A DNA stretch of 64,000 nucleotides from Macrostomum lignano (lineage: Eukaryota). Position 1 is the stretch's first letter. The number at the start of each line of letters is the position of its first letter. The stretch is from assembly GCA_002269645.1 (NCBI GenBank), contig NIVC01000211.1, forward strand, positions 632,188 to 696,187, in the 5' to 3' direction. The notes beneath the pieces were generated by a model. That model was not told the origin of the DNA. It ran no database searches and was given only the letters and a program-made list of their open reading frames with translations. Below, piece by piece: positions 11,031 through 27,356 of the stretch. The position numbers and the translations under genes were made by a program.

Positions 11031-13072
11031 TCAAGAGGCCAATGACAAACCAATTAGAATTGTATATAAAAAAAATTTAATGTAGGGACCCTAGGCCCCT
11101 ATGATTTTAAATAAAAATTATAATATAAGGCCTAGGCCCTATATATAGGCCTATAATTATAAAGTTGTGCCATTGTGGATTTTCTGATACAAAGTAGACA
11201 ATATTAGGCCTAATTGGGCCTAGTCTAGTCTAGTTTTGATTATAGACTGTATATTAGATACAAAGGACATGAAAGGTCTCGAAATTAAGTACCAATTACC
11301 ATAATATACTATTATTTTTTATTATTTTGAAACTGTCAGCCTACCATGTGATTTTTATCATTAGGCTATGGCCTAGGTCTAGGATGCCACTTTAGACTAG
11401 GCCTTTGGCTTTGGTTAGGCCAACCTATCATTATAAAAATGCAGCAAAATATCATTCAAAAATATACATCTAACCCCTATAGGTTATCTTTGCATCCCAA
11501 ATATAATATATAATAGGGTTTCTATTTTCTAATATATCTACAAATACAATTTTCACTGAAGGAGTGAAGATCAAAATTAGCATGTCAAAAAACCTTACAA
11601 GCCACCGAATTTTAAAACTAGCTACCAAAAGTGGAACTGGAAGTATATAGCTAAGAAAAAACATAAACATAAACATAGCACATAGTGACACATAATGAAA
11701 TGATGACAACATGCAAGAGTGACAGAGTCCTCTTAGAAAGGAAAAATAGGCCTAGTAATTTATGTTTATGGGAAGTTAAGTCCGTAATTAACTAAACCGA
11801 AACAAAATGGCCAACAAAATTGCTGGTAATATATTCAAAGCAATTTGTAGGTGAAGATTTTAACAAATTTATTAAACTATTTTTTGTATTTACAATTTCG
11901 CTTTTATTAAATATATTTAAAACTTTATTAGATATACATAAAATAGCCTGAAATTTTTTATAAGCTTAGTTATTTATTTTCCCGTATGAACTCCCTGACA
12001 TGGATGATTTTACCATGGAAAGTTTTAAAAATCCATGCATGAAAATACCATGAACATGCATGATTTATCAATGGATCATGGATCATAGATGATTTATCCA
12101 TGATAAGAGAGTAGGGTGGCCGTGTCCGTACAGCCATGCAGTGAGGAAGGCCTCGGCAGTCGCCAGCAGACACCAGCGATGCTCAGCGACCATGCTGGCA
12201 GCTGCACAGCTCTCTGTCGTGTGGCAGCTCAGCACGCAGACAGCGATGCTGTGGTCAGGCAGTTGATGAGGCTCCAGCTTCCACACTCCATCAGTGGGCA
12301 GGTCGTCAGGCGGACAGGCGACCAGTCTGTCGTAGTCGGTGAGCCCCACGATGGACGCTGACGAGACGGCGATGAGGCAGCAGAGGAGCACGAGAGTAAA
12401 ATACTGTTTTGCGGCTTCTATAGATATCAGTTGGTTTCAGCATGTTAGATTTTTACCTGAAACTGACTTGTCGCCTGAAACCAGCGCTGAAAAACAACTT
12501 TAATATCAGCTACTTGTAGGTTGCGACAGATTTTATATATGCCAAATCTTTAAGACTCTGATAGGCTCTATTCCTTCTCGACTAGTCGTGTAATCCACTG
12601 TGTAATGGACTTCATCAAACCTTCCTTGCCACCAATTGGAGAATAGAAATGCAAGTCAGTTGTTCGTCTTAAAAAGTGCATTTAGAAGAATTTAGTTGCA
12701 TAGATCGGCTTAGTTATCAACTTGACTGACTTTTTTCATTTTTCAAGGGAACCTTGATGTGCAAAAGGGACAAAGCCTAATTTTATTTGTCTATGGTCGC
12801 AAAGTCAGCGTTCGTGGCTGGCTGATTTTCCTCAAGAGTTCAACCATAGACAGCTTGACAGGCAAGCTACAATTGTGTCTCGCGCAGAAACTTTGTTTTA
12901 GTATAGAGACCTATTTTCCCATAGAAATCTAACACACTCCATGATGTTGGCCATAGACAATAGGTTAGCCGGTAATTTCTGTTGCAGAATCAAGCCTTAA
13001 GCGAAACTGACTGACAAATTTGCTAACAGACTAACTTGTTTCTTCGCATCATACCAAGTCAGCAAGTAAAAA

Positions 13073-16000
13073 ATGACTCAACTTATTGTTCTCAGACTAG
13101 TAAATAAGATTTTCATCTGCTTACTATTACTAAATTGTACAGCAACCGCTACAAAGGAGGTCAAAATTTCTGACGAACGTGCATTAAATGCTATGCTGGC
13201 TTTCTTTGCCCTTGAGCGCCAAAGAATTGACGTGCCTTTGTCGGACCTCCCAGACGGGCATTCAGTGGAGGACCGTGTGCTAAGTGGCTTGGCCTATGTG
13301 CCCTTAGCTGACCAGCCAATTCACGCCCTGTACGCTAGAGAAGGATTTCCAGACTTAAAGCGCATGTTCAGTGCCCCAATTGTTCGTGATGGGTCAAGAA
13401 CTTATCCAGCGATTCCCAGTCTGGACGCCAAGCGGAACAAAATCTACTTTCGGGTCTTTGGTAAGTTTTCCCAAAATTATTGATTACGATACTTAAGTAT
13501 ATACATACTCACGGGTAGGGTTGTAGACGCAACACTATCAGGGGCCGATTTCATGAAGCAAGTACAAGTGACAAGTACAAACGGCCACTAAAAGTTGCGG
13601 CTGCATTACGACACCAGGACGTAACTCTCCCCGTTTGAGTGCGCCTTGTTCTTGTCTAAGGGTCTATCTGCTTCTAGCGATTCTTTCGTTTTTCATCCAT
13701 CACGGTTTGGAATTCGTTGGTAGCTTTGAAAGTTGCATATTTTCTTCCTAGTAACGAATATTAGCGATTAAAAGTTCATTCAATTCAACAACCAATTTCT
13801 AGGTAATTTGCTAAAGAAGGTACCTAAAATTACAAGTTCATTGAAAAAGTATTGTCACATCAACGAAGGTAAGTAAATTTCTACCGGGGTAATATATACC
13901 TATTTGCTTGTTTGCTGTGATTGAATTATTTACCAGATGGCCGATGAAATCTAAACTGATTGCGTGCTTGTTTCAGTTGAGTCATAGCGAATCTAGTTTG
14001 TGCATCAGTTTGAGTCACATTGAATCCAGTGTGAGTCGTGCCCAAGGGATAGACTAGTGTGTGTGTGTAACAACAAACAACTTCAGGTCACTCATGTACC
14101 TTTGCTGCCGGCGACGCAATCGTATCCTGTGAATTAGTGTCGCATTCGAAGTCGCCAACTGAATTGATCGACATGTTCGGATATCTGGCCTTGCGTCTCG
14201 TTGGGGTGAGACAAACTGGTTAATCTGTCTGTCTTTAAAGTAGCATTTTACATTCTAACTAAAGTGCTTTACACCAGACCAATTGACTCTCTTACGCTTG
14301 TATATCAAAAATATTCCATTTTTGGGGATGGAAGTACCCGCAGTACCTTCAGTACCTTTGGGACCTTCAAGACCTTCGAGACCTTCGGGACCTTCGGGAC
14401 CTTCGGGACCTTCGGGACCTTCAGGACCCTCGGGACCTTCGGGACCTTCAGGACCCTCAGGACCCTTGATTAAGTGCATGCTTAAAATTGTCTATAAAAC
14501 GTAAGAGCATATTATATTTTATATGCAACACATTATGTAGTCTGCGAACGACGTCTACATGAGATTTTACGGCGTAAAAGTCTACCAACCTGCCAAGAAG
14601 TTTAAAAGATTCGTTTTCACCTACGAAGACGAGCGCAATCACCCAAGGATTCTCTGGCCAGCCTGGGTTAATCTCTACTTGTTCTTCCGAAACAGCTACC
14701 AGGTCTGCCTGGAAGCTAAAAGATGCGGGTATAAAACTGACGATGACTGCGCGAACTTTTTCAGCAACGTTAACCAATTATCGCTGACGTACGCTTATTT
14801 TGTGTGCCGAATTTTGTCAGGCAGCGCTTCGGACAGTCTGTGCCCTAATATTTGCCGGTTCGATCCTTGTGCCACCATACATCATGCTATTAAAGGTGAA
14901 TTACTGGGGCTTCTTTATCACAGACACCCGAATACTTTACCAGATACCCGAATACTTTACCAGACACGGGAATACATTACCAGACACCCGAATACTTTAC
15001 ACCAGACACGGGAATACATTACCAGACACCCGAATACTTTACCAGACACCCGAATACTTTACCAGACATGGTAATACTTTATCAGACACCCGAATACTTA
15101 ACCACACACCCGAATAGTTTACCAGACACGGGAATACTTTATCAGACACCCGAATACTTTACCAGACACGGGAATACACTACCAGACACGGGAATACTCT
15201 ACCAGACACGGGAATACTCTACCAGACACGGGAATACTTGACCGGACACCCGAATACTTTACCAGACACGCGAGTACTTTACCAGACACGGGAATACTTT
15301 ACTTATAGATACCTGCCATTTATCATGCGCGCTCTCTCTGCAGGCACCTGCTATCCAATCAGCTTGAAAATACACCGGCATGATTATTTCTGCTTTTGCG
15401 AAGAGGGCTACAGGTGGGAGGCAAAAGACACAAGAGATTCCATTGGAGTCTGGCGAACTGGAAGGTGCGACCATTCTGTATTTGAAGCATAGAAGAATGA
15501 CAATCCTCTAGACTCGTAACAACAAAGATAACAAAGACTTACTTAACCCGTTCAGTAGACAGTAAGTAGATTTATTTATCTGCATTTTAAAAATGTTTAT
15601 CTTTCAGGTGCACTTCCATGAAGCCCATGTCATCAGACACGGAGACCTGTACCCCACTAGAGATGGAAACGTTTTGCAATCGAGACGGCACTGCATCTTG
15701 CACAGTTATGCGTGCTACTTACAACCGTAGGGCCGTATGCATTTGCAAAACGGGCTATGGAAATCTGGACTGTAGCTATAAGTTCAGAGACGCCTGCGAT
15801 GCACACGAATTTAAGGGCCTATTGCTCTGCAGGAGCCACGAAAAAGTCGGCAAATGCAAACCCTATGGGACAGGTCCAATTTCAGGACCGAAGCTCAATC
15901 TAAGGTAGACTTAATGAACATTTTGTTGACAGCTGAGTGTCTTGTTAAATACCTGGGTGTCTAGTTAAGCCACAGAGTACCACAGAATGCTCAACCGACT

Positions 16001-18178
16001 AGTATAATAGAATGTGTATCTAATTAAAACACCATAGATGCAACGTTTCCTGTGATGATTTATAATTGTCGTAACTACTCGTAATATATAACATCAAAGT
16101 AGTAGAGTTGACTGCTTGTAGAGCAGTCGATTCATATTGTTTTCATACAAAATATTAAAGCAGTACAGTTTACTTTCTCCTGAGCAAACAACGTGAACGA
16201 TTGTCAGAAAACTTAAGTGGCAAGCTCTTGTGGTGCTTATAAATTAATAATGGATTCTACTGTATACCAAACAATTTAACCTAAGATCACGTGGCTCTTT
16301 GCTGATCTATAATTATTCAAAAATACAAAACAATTAAAATCACAAGCCCATGCCAGTGATAATAGTCTATGGTGATTCTTCTCCCTACTACTTTCCCACA
16401 GCTTCACAGGAAGAGTAGTACAAAGCGAAAAGAATTCAAAAAATTCTCATTGAGATTTTTTCTTCGTTCTGGGGTATTCTGTGGACTAAGCAGTAACTGA
16501 ATAATTTTTTGTTGTCTATATGGTTTTAGGCTTTGATAATGGATAAATAATCAGCGGTCCCAGTGCGTGACAACGATTGTCTGGCGATCGCCGGTAGGCG
16601 CGAGCTTCAGACAAATCGTTGTCACGTGCTGCGACCGCTGATTATTTACATTGTTTTTCTATTTGACGATCCTACAGACAATGCATTTTTTGTAGTAATG
16701 GATTGTTCTGCATTAAAAATGTGAATAATGATCGTCAAATTGCTAAACAATGACAATTAACTATTTATGCCCAAATGAAGACAAATATTTGTGTGCGTTG
16801 GTGCATTGGTTTCAGTGCGTTGGCTTCTTGATAAACGTTCGCGCAACACTTATTGCGTTGTTGCAGTTATTACTTCTTTGATTTTAATCCCGACATAGGG
16901 CTTATCAGTGTCAGTGCTTCTCCTCCAAGTACATTCGATGGGTCGGAAAAACAGGCGAAGAATGCCGGCAGTGGATACCCAGCCTGTGGCACGACAGAAG
17001 CCAGCGCTGCGGCTACGACTTCTTACTAGCCAGACCTGACATGCTGGTCAAGCACTGCAACCAGATCGGCTGCACCGAGGCCTCGATTCGCAGCTACATA
17101 GCCGACTTGGAGGCAGCTGGTCACGCCTGCGGCGGTCTCGGCTCCTGCAGTCCCGGTCCATTGAACATGAGCACCGATATGCGTATGTCGGCCTATTGCC
17201 AGTGCAAGCTCGGCAAGGCTGGTAAACTTTGCGAAAGCGTTTACGCCTCTTATGTTGAGTGGACGCCATGGACCGTGTGTTACGATAAAGGACTTGGTGG
17301 GTTGTTTTCTTGTTTTATTACTACTATGTCAGCTTTTTGCATTAGCTGTTTTGTTGGAGCAAACGCATCAGTGCTCAGATGGGATCCGCGGTGATGTCAG
17401 AAAGTCGCAATGAAAATTCCTAGCTCAGAAATTTATCGAATCAAATCACTGAAATCCCAACTGTCGGGTCAAAATATGACTTTTCAGGTTTCAGCCATCA
17501 AGGATGTTTGACCGCTACAATGCCCAGTCTTCACTTTCTAGCTATTTTTTTATTAGAGGCAGAGGTGTTGTGTGCACCCTGGCGCACTTTAAGCGACATA
17601 GGCACACAACCGGCGAGAGGCATTGCTGCCCATTCCGCCGACTCCCCTGAGCAGGCATACAAGCGCGCTGATACGTACGCAGGCACACACTCACACAGGA
17701 GTGTACAGCGGCCCTGATTTTCTGATTTTTGTTTTCGTCCGCAAGTCTCAAATGAATGCAGCCTGTCGTGGCTCTGTTCAACTCACCTCACAAACTTGAC
17801 ATTGCATTGAAAGAGTAACAAAAACAATTTTCAGTGCTAGCCAAGCAGAGAGGTCGGCTCCGATTCAGGCACTGCCAAGAATTGCATCAGAAACAAGAGG
17901 GCAGCCCGCCGCTCTGCGTCAATGGCAAAACAGAACAACTGCCCTGTCCAGATGTTGCCGAGCATCTGGAGGAGACTTTGACTCATTCGGACTATGGAGT
18001 GACATCGCAGGCGGTCATATCAATGTGGCGAATCGTTGAACTATTGATCCTGACCGATCTACTGCTGGTTGGAATGCTTACAGGAGCCCTGATCTACCAC
18101 AGGATCGTGTTGGGCGGGTGGGGAGTTGAAGAGCCCAAAGCTGAAAAAGAAGCTGATTCTGCACCGCAGAAAGCTTGA
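13073..18178 (+). CDS. Type-I membrane protein: signal peptide, unassigned N-terminal region, several EGF-like repeats, one TSP1 repeat, TM helix, short tail
   Basis: Phase-compatible exons 13073-13460, 14278-14333, 14541-14895, 15344-15464, (possible micro-exon 15559-15561), 15608-15904, 16899-17296, 17835-18178. EGF patterns such as CICKTGYGNLDC and CQCKLGKAGKLC; TSP1 WTPWTVC...RLRFRHC...EQLPC; hydrophobic LLILTDLLLVGMLTGALIY. Confidence 0.8.
14334..14465. repeat. 9-bp tandem repeat (GGGACCTTC), intronic
   Basis: Direct read; lies between the predicted donor at 14334 and acceptor at 14540. Confidence 0.9.
14920..15300. repeat. ~20-bp minisatellite (CCAGACACSSGAATACTTTA), intronic
   Basis: Direct read; fills the intron 14896-15343. 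Confidence 0.9.
17530..17721 (-). repeat. Interspersed ~190-bp repeat, copy 1 (inverted relative to copy at 20540-20726)
   Basis: GTGCACCCTGGCGCACT...CCCCTGAGCAGGCA...CAGCGGCCCT is the reverse complement, with small differences, of 20540-20726. Confidence 0.85.
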
Positions 18179-18653
18179 GACTTAATTTGATGAAGCTTGA
18201 TGTCTAATTTATATCTGATCGATATCTCATCAATATCTGATCGATTTCTAACCAATATCTAATCGATATCTATCCAATAACTAAGCAACAGTTACCTGTT
18301 CTCAATCTCTAATTAATCTATTAGATCATTTGTTGCTAGTTTTTCATTGTTTACATCACCGCGAATACCGCTCACATGGAGTAGACAGATAGAAAACTTC
18401 TAACTAATGCTGCAGTCTAACTGTTTAAGCAAAAATTCGAATAAAAACGAGTTAGTTTATTGATCGCGTTTTGTTTTATTTGGCACCTGGCCTAAGCAGG
18501 AGAGTCTTAATTGAAATTAAGCTAATTTTCGTGTGCGTTTGATAAATTTTTATGCTGTCTACTATTATTAGTCTGATAGGATTGCGCGTAATAGAAGCAA
18601 AAAGTAAATTTTCTTAAGTCCTTGGCACTAAAATTATAATAATCGTAATTTTT

Positions 18654-22039
<3,386 letters not shown>

Positions 22040-22700
22040 TGCTACTCAAACCGGACCAGTTCGGAACTAAAGCCACGTCAGCTTAATCTTAAAAGCAGAA
22101 CTTCTCAACGAGCATTGTTTGAAATAGTCGTCCACTTAAGAAGCATACTAGTAGAAGTCATTCAGCTATGAATTTCAGCTGCTTGAAACACTGCGCGTTC
22201 AGCATTGCCTGCTCTGTAGCCTCTGCATTGAAGTTGCAGAAACTTCTGGTGACGATTGGGGGCGCAATGTGCAGTTCTGAGCAGTCTGAGTCACTGTGGC
22301 CCGATAATTTGCTTGTCGGACTGCTTTGAGAAGAGAATACGCTCTTACTGAGGCTACATGGGCAAATACAAAGCCCAAGTAAGACCAACCGGCACTGGGC
22401 AGAGAGGCGTCGGGTGTTCTGCATGCATTTGCCTCTTTTCCTGTCAATTGTTAATATTTTAATCAAAATAACAGTAATCTTACTCAGCAAAATTAGTCCT
22501 GGGCGCGTAACCAGTACCTGAGATTGTCCTCCAATCAGATTTTCCGGGTTTAGAAATACCAATGCAAGGAAAATACATTCAGCCTATAAGTATCTCCGCA
22601 AGTTAAAGCGGTAGCGAGTTCTGATGGCCCAGATCGAGTTCCACTCCCCCTGATGAATTTCAAAAACAAAAAAATTTCACAGCTACTTGAATTCTTTTAG

Positions 22701-24633
22701 CTCTTGCCAGCATTCTAGCTTTGTTGAGCACATTTGGGCAATTACTGTGCCTCATTGCCATCGCCTCGGCGTCCATCGTGGGGCTCACCGACTACGACAA
22801 ACTGGACGCCTGTCCGTCAGACGACCTACCCGCTGATGGAGTACGGAAGCTGGAGCTTCATCAACTGCCTGAACGTAGCATCGCTGGCTGCGTGCTGAGC
22901 TGCCACACGACAGAGAGCTGTGCAGCTGCCAGCATGGTCGCTGAGCATCGCTGGTGTCTGCTGGCGACTGCCGAGGCCTTCCTCACTGCATGGCTGTACG
23001 GACACGGCCAGTGCGACTCGTTTGTGAACAGGCGGAGGCTGGCAAAGTTCCAGCAGGGTGAGAAGTCATGAGTGACTGCAGCTGTACCCATGCAGTGTGT
23101 GACTGCAGCTGTGCCCATGCAGTGTGTGACTGCAGCTGTGCCCATGCAGTGTGTGACTGCAGCTGTGCCCATGCAGTGTGACTGCAGCTGTGCCCATGCA
23201 GTGCGTGACTGCAGCTGTGCCCATGCAGTGTGACTGCAGCTGTGCCCATGCAGTGTGTGACTGCAGCTGTGCCCATGCAGTGAGTGACTGCAGCTGTGCC
23301 CATGCAGTGTGTGACTGCAGCTGTGCCCAGTTCACTCACTGGCGAGTCCATGCATGCACCGGTGTGCTGATATCGTTACATCGTTATCGAATTGCAGCTC
23401 ACACGACCGACCTGCCCAGCAGCATCGCGGTGAGCTCGCTGCGGATTCTGTACCACTTCCGTGTGGGCTCGTTCAACCTGGCGCCTGTGCACCGGAATCC
23501 GCACACTCCGGTGCTCGTGTCGGCTGTGCTCAACCGGTCTGCGGGCGCGTTCGTGACGGGAGAGTCTGGCTCCTTCATCGATGTGAGCACGGCTGACGGA
23601 ATCGAGGACCTGTTTGTGCCCGAGCCCAACGTGACCGTGTTCATGCGAGCTAAGTTCGACTTCAACGGAGAGTGAGTTCCAAGGAAATGCATGTTTGAGT
23701 GTCATTCTGAACATCCCAATGAAACTGTGTTTTTTACAAAAAATGTGTAGCTGGGTTTTTGGACAAAAAGGATTGAAGTGAATTTTCTTATTTGTGTTTC
23801 TCACACTTGTTATTGCTATGCAACTGGCTAAGAAACTTGTATATAATTACAGAGAAATTTACAACTACTTCTACTACCTATTCAACTGCGAAGACTACTC
23901 ATATGGTAATTACCTGGCTATGAAAAACGATGAGCGGCTCAAGATGAGCTACCAGCAATGGAATTCGACAGCTTACTGGTACTACGAATATCTAAGCAAA
24001 CCAAACAGCTTTCCAACCAGCACCTCGGGCGCCTATCGCGGCTTTGGATTCGTTCTGGATGCAAGCGTCACTGAGGCGAAGTTTTACAACTCCGCTTCTG
24101 GTGGAACCTCAACCGTGGAAGTCGAGGCTTCCACTTCTGATTCCGGAATCAAAGAGGCCAATTTCAATTGCATGAGGTTCGTCTTTATGCAGCAGTAAAT
24201 CTTCTATCTGTGTAGCTAATTGCAAAGACAGAATGAAAAATCACAGGGCAGTCTGCAGTCTTAACCTACACGTATATACATGTATACAATTAACCATCAT
24301 AGAGTTTAGTGATTTTGTATCGTATTAACGACATATCTACGAAGGTATTAGCTCGTAGGTACGGAAAGGCAAACGATCCAACTACAAAATGATCTTGGTT
24401 TGTCAAATTTAGAAGTATTTTTCAAATATTGGATATTACGAGTATTAATACGGCATTATTATAATCGTTGCACTTTCCAAATTCAACATCCCAGAATCGG
24501 AGTGTTCGAACCGGACGCAATCGGGCGCTGCCTTCGAGGCTTCGTCGAGTGCTTCGCCATCTTCAGCGGTCAGCTCAGTGCCGCCCAGTTCCAGCAGCTG
24601 AACGCCTGGTGCGCCAACAAGAATGCGGCTTGA
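22701..24633 (+). CDS. PAN/apple + LamG/ConA-like secreted protein, paralogue B (4 coding exons, start codon not found)
   Basis: Exons ~22701-23057, 23398-23671, 23853-24176, 24495-24633 join in frame (phases 1, 2, 2). Hydrophobic N-terminus; PAN-like CVLSCHTTESCAAASMVAEHRWC; C-terminus FNCMRIGVF...LRGFVECFAIFSGQLSAAQFQQLNAWC. Confidence 0.85.
23073..23330. repeat. 27-bp minisatellite, ~9 units, intron 1 of paralogue B
   Basis: Same unit as 4946-5364 (reverse complement); some units are 25 bp. Confidence 0.95.
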
Positions 24634-25117
24634 AGCTGAAGAGGACACGGCAAACGTTTCAAGCTTGAAGTTTATTACCTGCGTTATTGTTGGAACTTTC
24701 ATAAACTAGTCTGAATCGATCTGCGGCATGGCAACAATATGTTTGTTTATCGACTGTTCGCAATTAAAAAACCGGGATTTTTTTGCTTTTTTAATTTTTT
24801 AGCTTAAACCAGCCGGATTTCCTTGTCCTTGCTTTCTGAAAATCAAGAGTTTGGTTCGGAAAAAAATTGAACAAAAATCTAAATCAGTTAGTGATGCATT
24901 GTTAAACTGAATCAAAAATAAAAAAACTGGAGGCGGTCTCTGAGTCAGACAATGGAAAAGAGGCTTTTTCAAATGAAATTTCCGAAAACGGAAGTTCGGA
25001 TGCAGCAGTTCAAAGAAAAACAAAGCGGGAAGCAAAAAAGTTTTTATTGCTGCTTCAACCATTGAATCGGGTTTTGTGATTAAAAAAGTTTAAATTAAAT
25101 GACAAAAGTTTGATTGC

Positions 25118-26337
<1,220 letters not shown>

Positions 26338-26859
26338 AAGATAGCGAGAAAGAGCGAGCGAAGCGAGCTCTTTCGAGCTTGCTTGCCGCAGCCAGTCAAG
26401 CTGAAAGCACGCACACAAGATCACCGGAAACGATTAAGGCAGCTGGAAAGCCAATGGGCGCGGTAAGCGCTTTTATACAGAGGAACTACCTGCTGGAACC
26501 AGCCATGCCGAACGAAAATCAGACTACTCAAGTAGTGCAAAAGAGTACGTGCAACTACCGAGAAATCTAATTTTCGTAACCGCTCCGGTGCAGGTCCTGG
26601 CTATAGATAGAAGATAGGTACAGCGTATACATTAGCTGACACGAATTTTTTAATTAACATTTATATTGTTGACAATAGAATATATATTTATGCTGATAAT
26701 ATCCTTTTTTGTCAGTGTAATATATCGTATAATATAGAAAGTGACAGACATTTGTATCAGAGTAGCTCATATTGTTATTCAATTTCAAGTCAAGCTATAA
26801 GCAAGGCTTTTAATTTTTTTCGAATTTTATTCTGCTATAACAGTACCTAGAAAGTTCCT

Positions 26860-27170
26860 GAGGTTGTAGCCTAGTGGTCAGAGCGTCGGACTTACAACTT
26901 GAAGGTGGGGGTTCGATTCTTGACTCACTCGAAACAATTAGTGTCCTTGAGCAAGACACTTAACTCTGCATTGCTTCAGTTCACCCAGCTGTAAAATGGG
27001 TGCCAGCATTAGCTGGGGTAATTGAGGCTGTGTGTGGCGACCCCACCCCCCCCCCCAGTCCATGGACTGAACAGCCGAACGCAGCTTTCAGATGCGCCGC
27101 GCAATTGCTGCGGCTGAGCTTTCGGTTGCACATCTGGCCATTAGGGCAGGTGTAATCAGTCGAAGTTTAA
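26860..27170 (+). mobile_element. tRNA-derived SINE with CORE-like central domain, copy 1
   Basis: A-box TAGCCTAGTGG and B-box GGTTCGATTC, followed by CCTTGAGCAAGACACTTAAC...CTGTAAAATGGG, which resembles the MIR/CORE consensus. Near-identical copy at 40788. Confidence 0.8.
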
Positions 27171-27356
27171 CTTCTTTATAGAAACATGCCCATGGCTACT
27201 TCACGTAATATCTTTAAGAAGTAAATTTTAAGAAAACATTCATATCTTGCTGCAAATATTCTAGCTGCAGCCAGCACTGCTATCCACTCTTTTAATTAAT
27301 CAATCAGCTGCTCTTGTTTTTCAACTCTTAATCTTGATCAATTAGGTGTCCTTGGC

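Larger units (their letters stand above)
5459..12116 (-). mobile_element. Full-length CMC-EnSpm (CACTA-type) DNA transposon, 6,658 bp
   Basis: Termini CCCTACTCTC...GAGAGTAGGG with ~28-bp imperfect TIRs continuing CATGGATAAATCAT. 2-bp TG target duplication (5457-5458, 12117-12118) relative to the empty site GCACTGGCCG in paralogue B (read in the same orientation). CATGGA/TCCATG subterminal repeats; internal transposase. Confidence 0.92.
4066..12403 (-). pseudogene. PAN/apple + LamG/ConA-like secreted protein, paralogue A, disrupted by EnSpm insertion in exon 1 and a frameshift in exon 3
   Basis: Exon 1 is split into 12403-12117 and 5458-5410; exon 2 4876-4603; exon 3 4514-4066. GT-AG sites are phase-compatible (1, 2). 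Exons 1-2 are near-identical to paralogues B and C. A 1-nt shift near 4468 is needed to join FHCSTC to GNAMLVRR. C-terminus FQCLRFG...IKGWLECFAIVQGQL is LamG-like. Confidence 0.85.

Noticed and set aside
14255-14504. Collagen-like (GPS/GPE)n ORFs
   Set aside because: 9-bp repeat inside an intron; retaining it leaves a donor (14501) out of phase with the next acceptor.
26860-26935. tRNA gene (also 40788-40860)
   Set aside because: Has A/B boxes but continues into a shared SINE body; no convincing cloverleaf.
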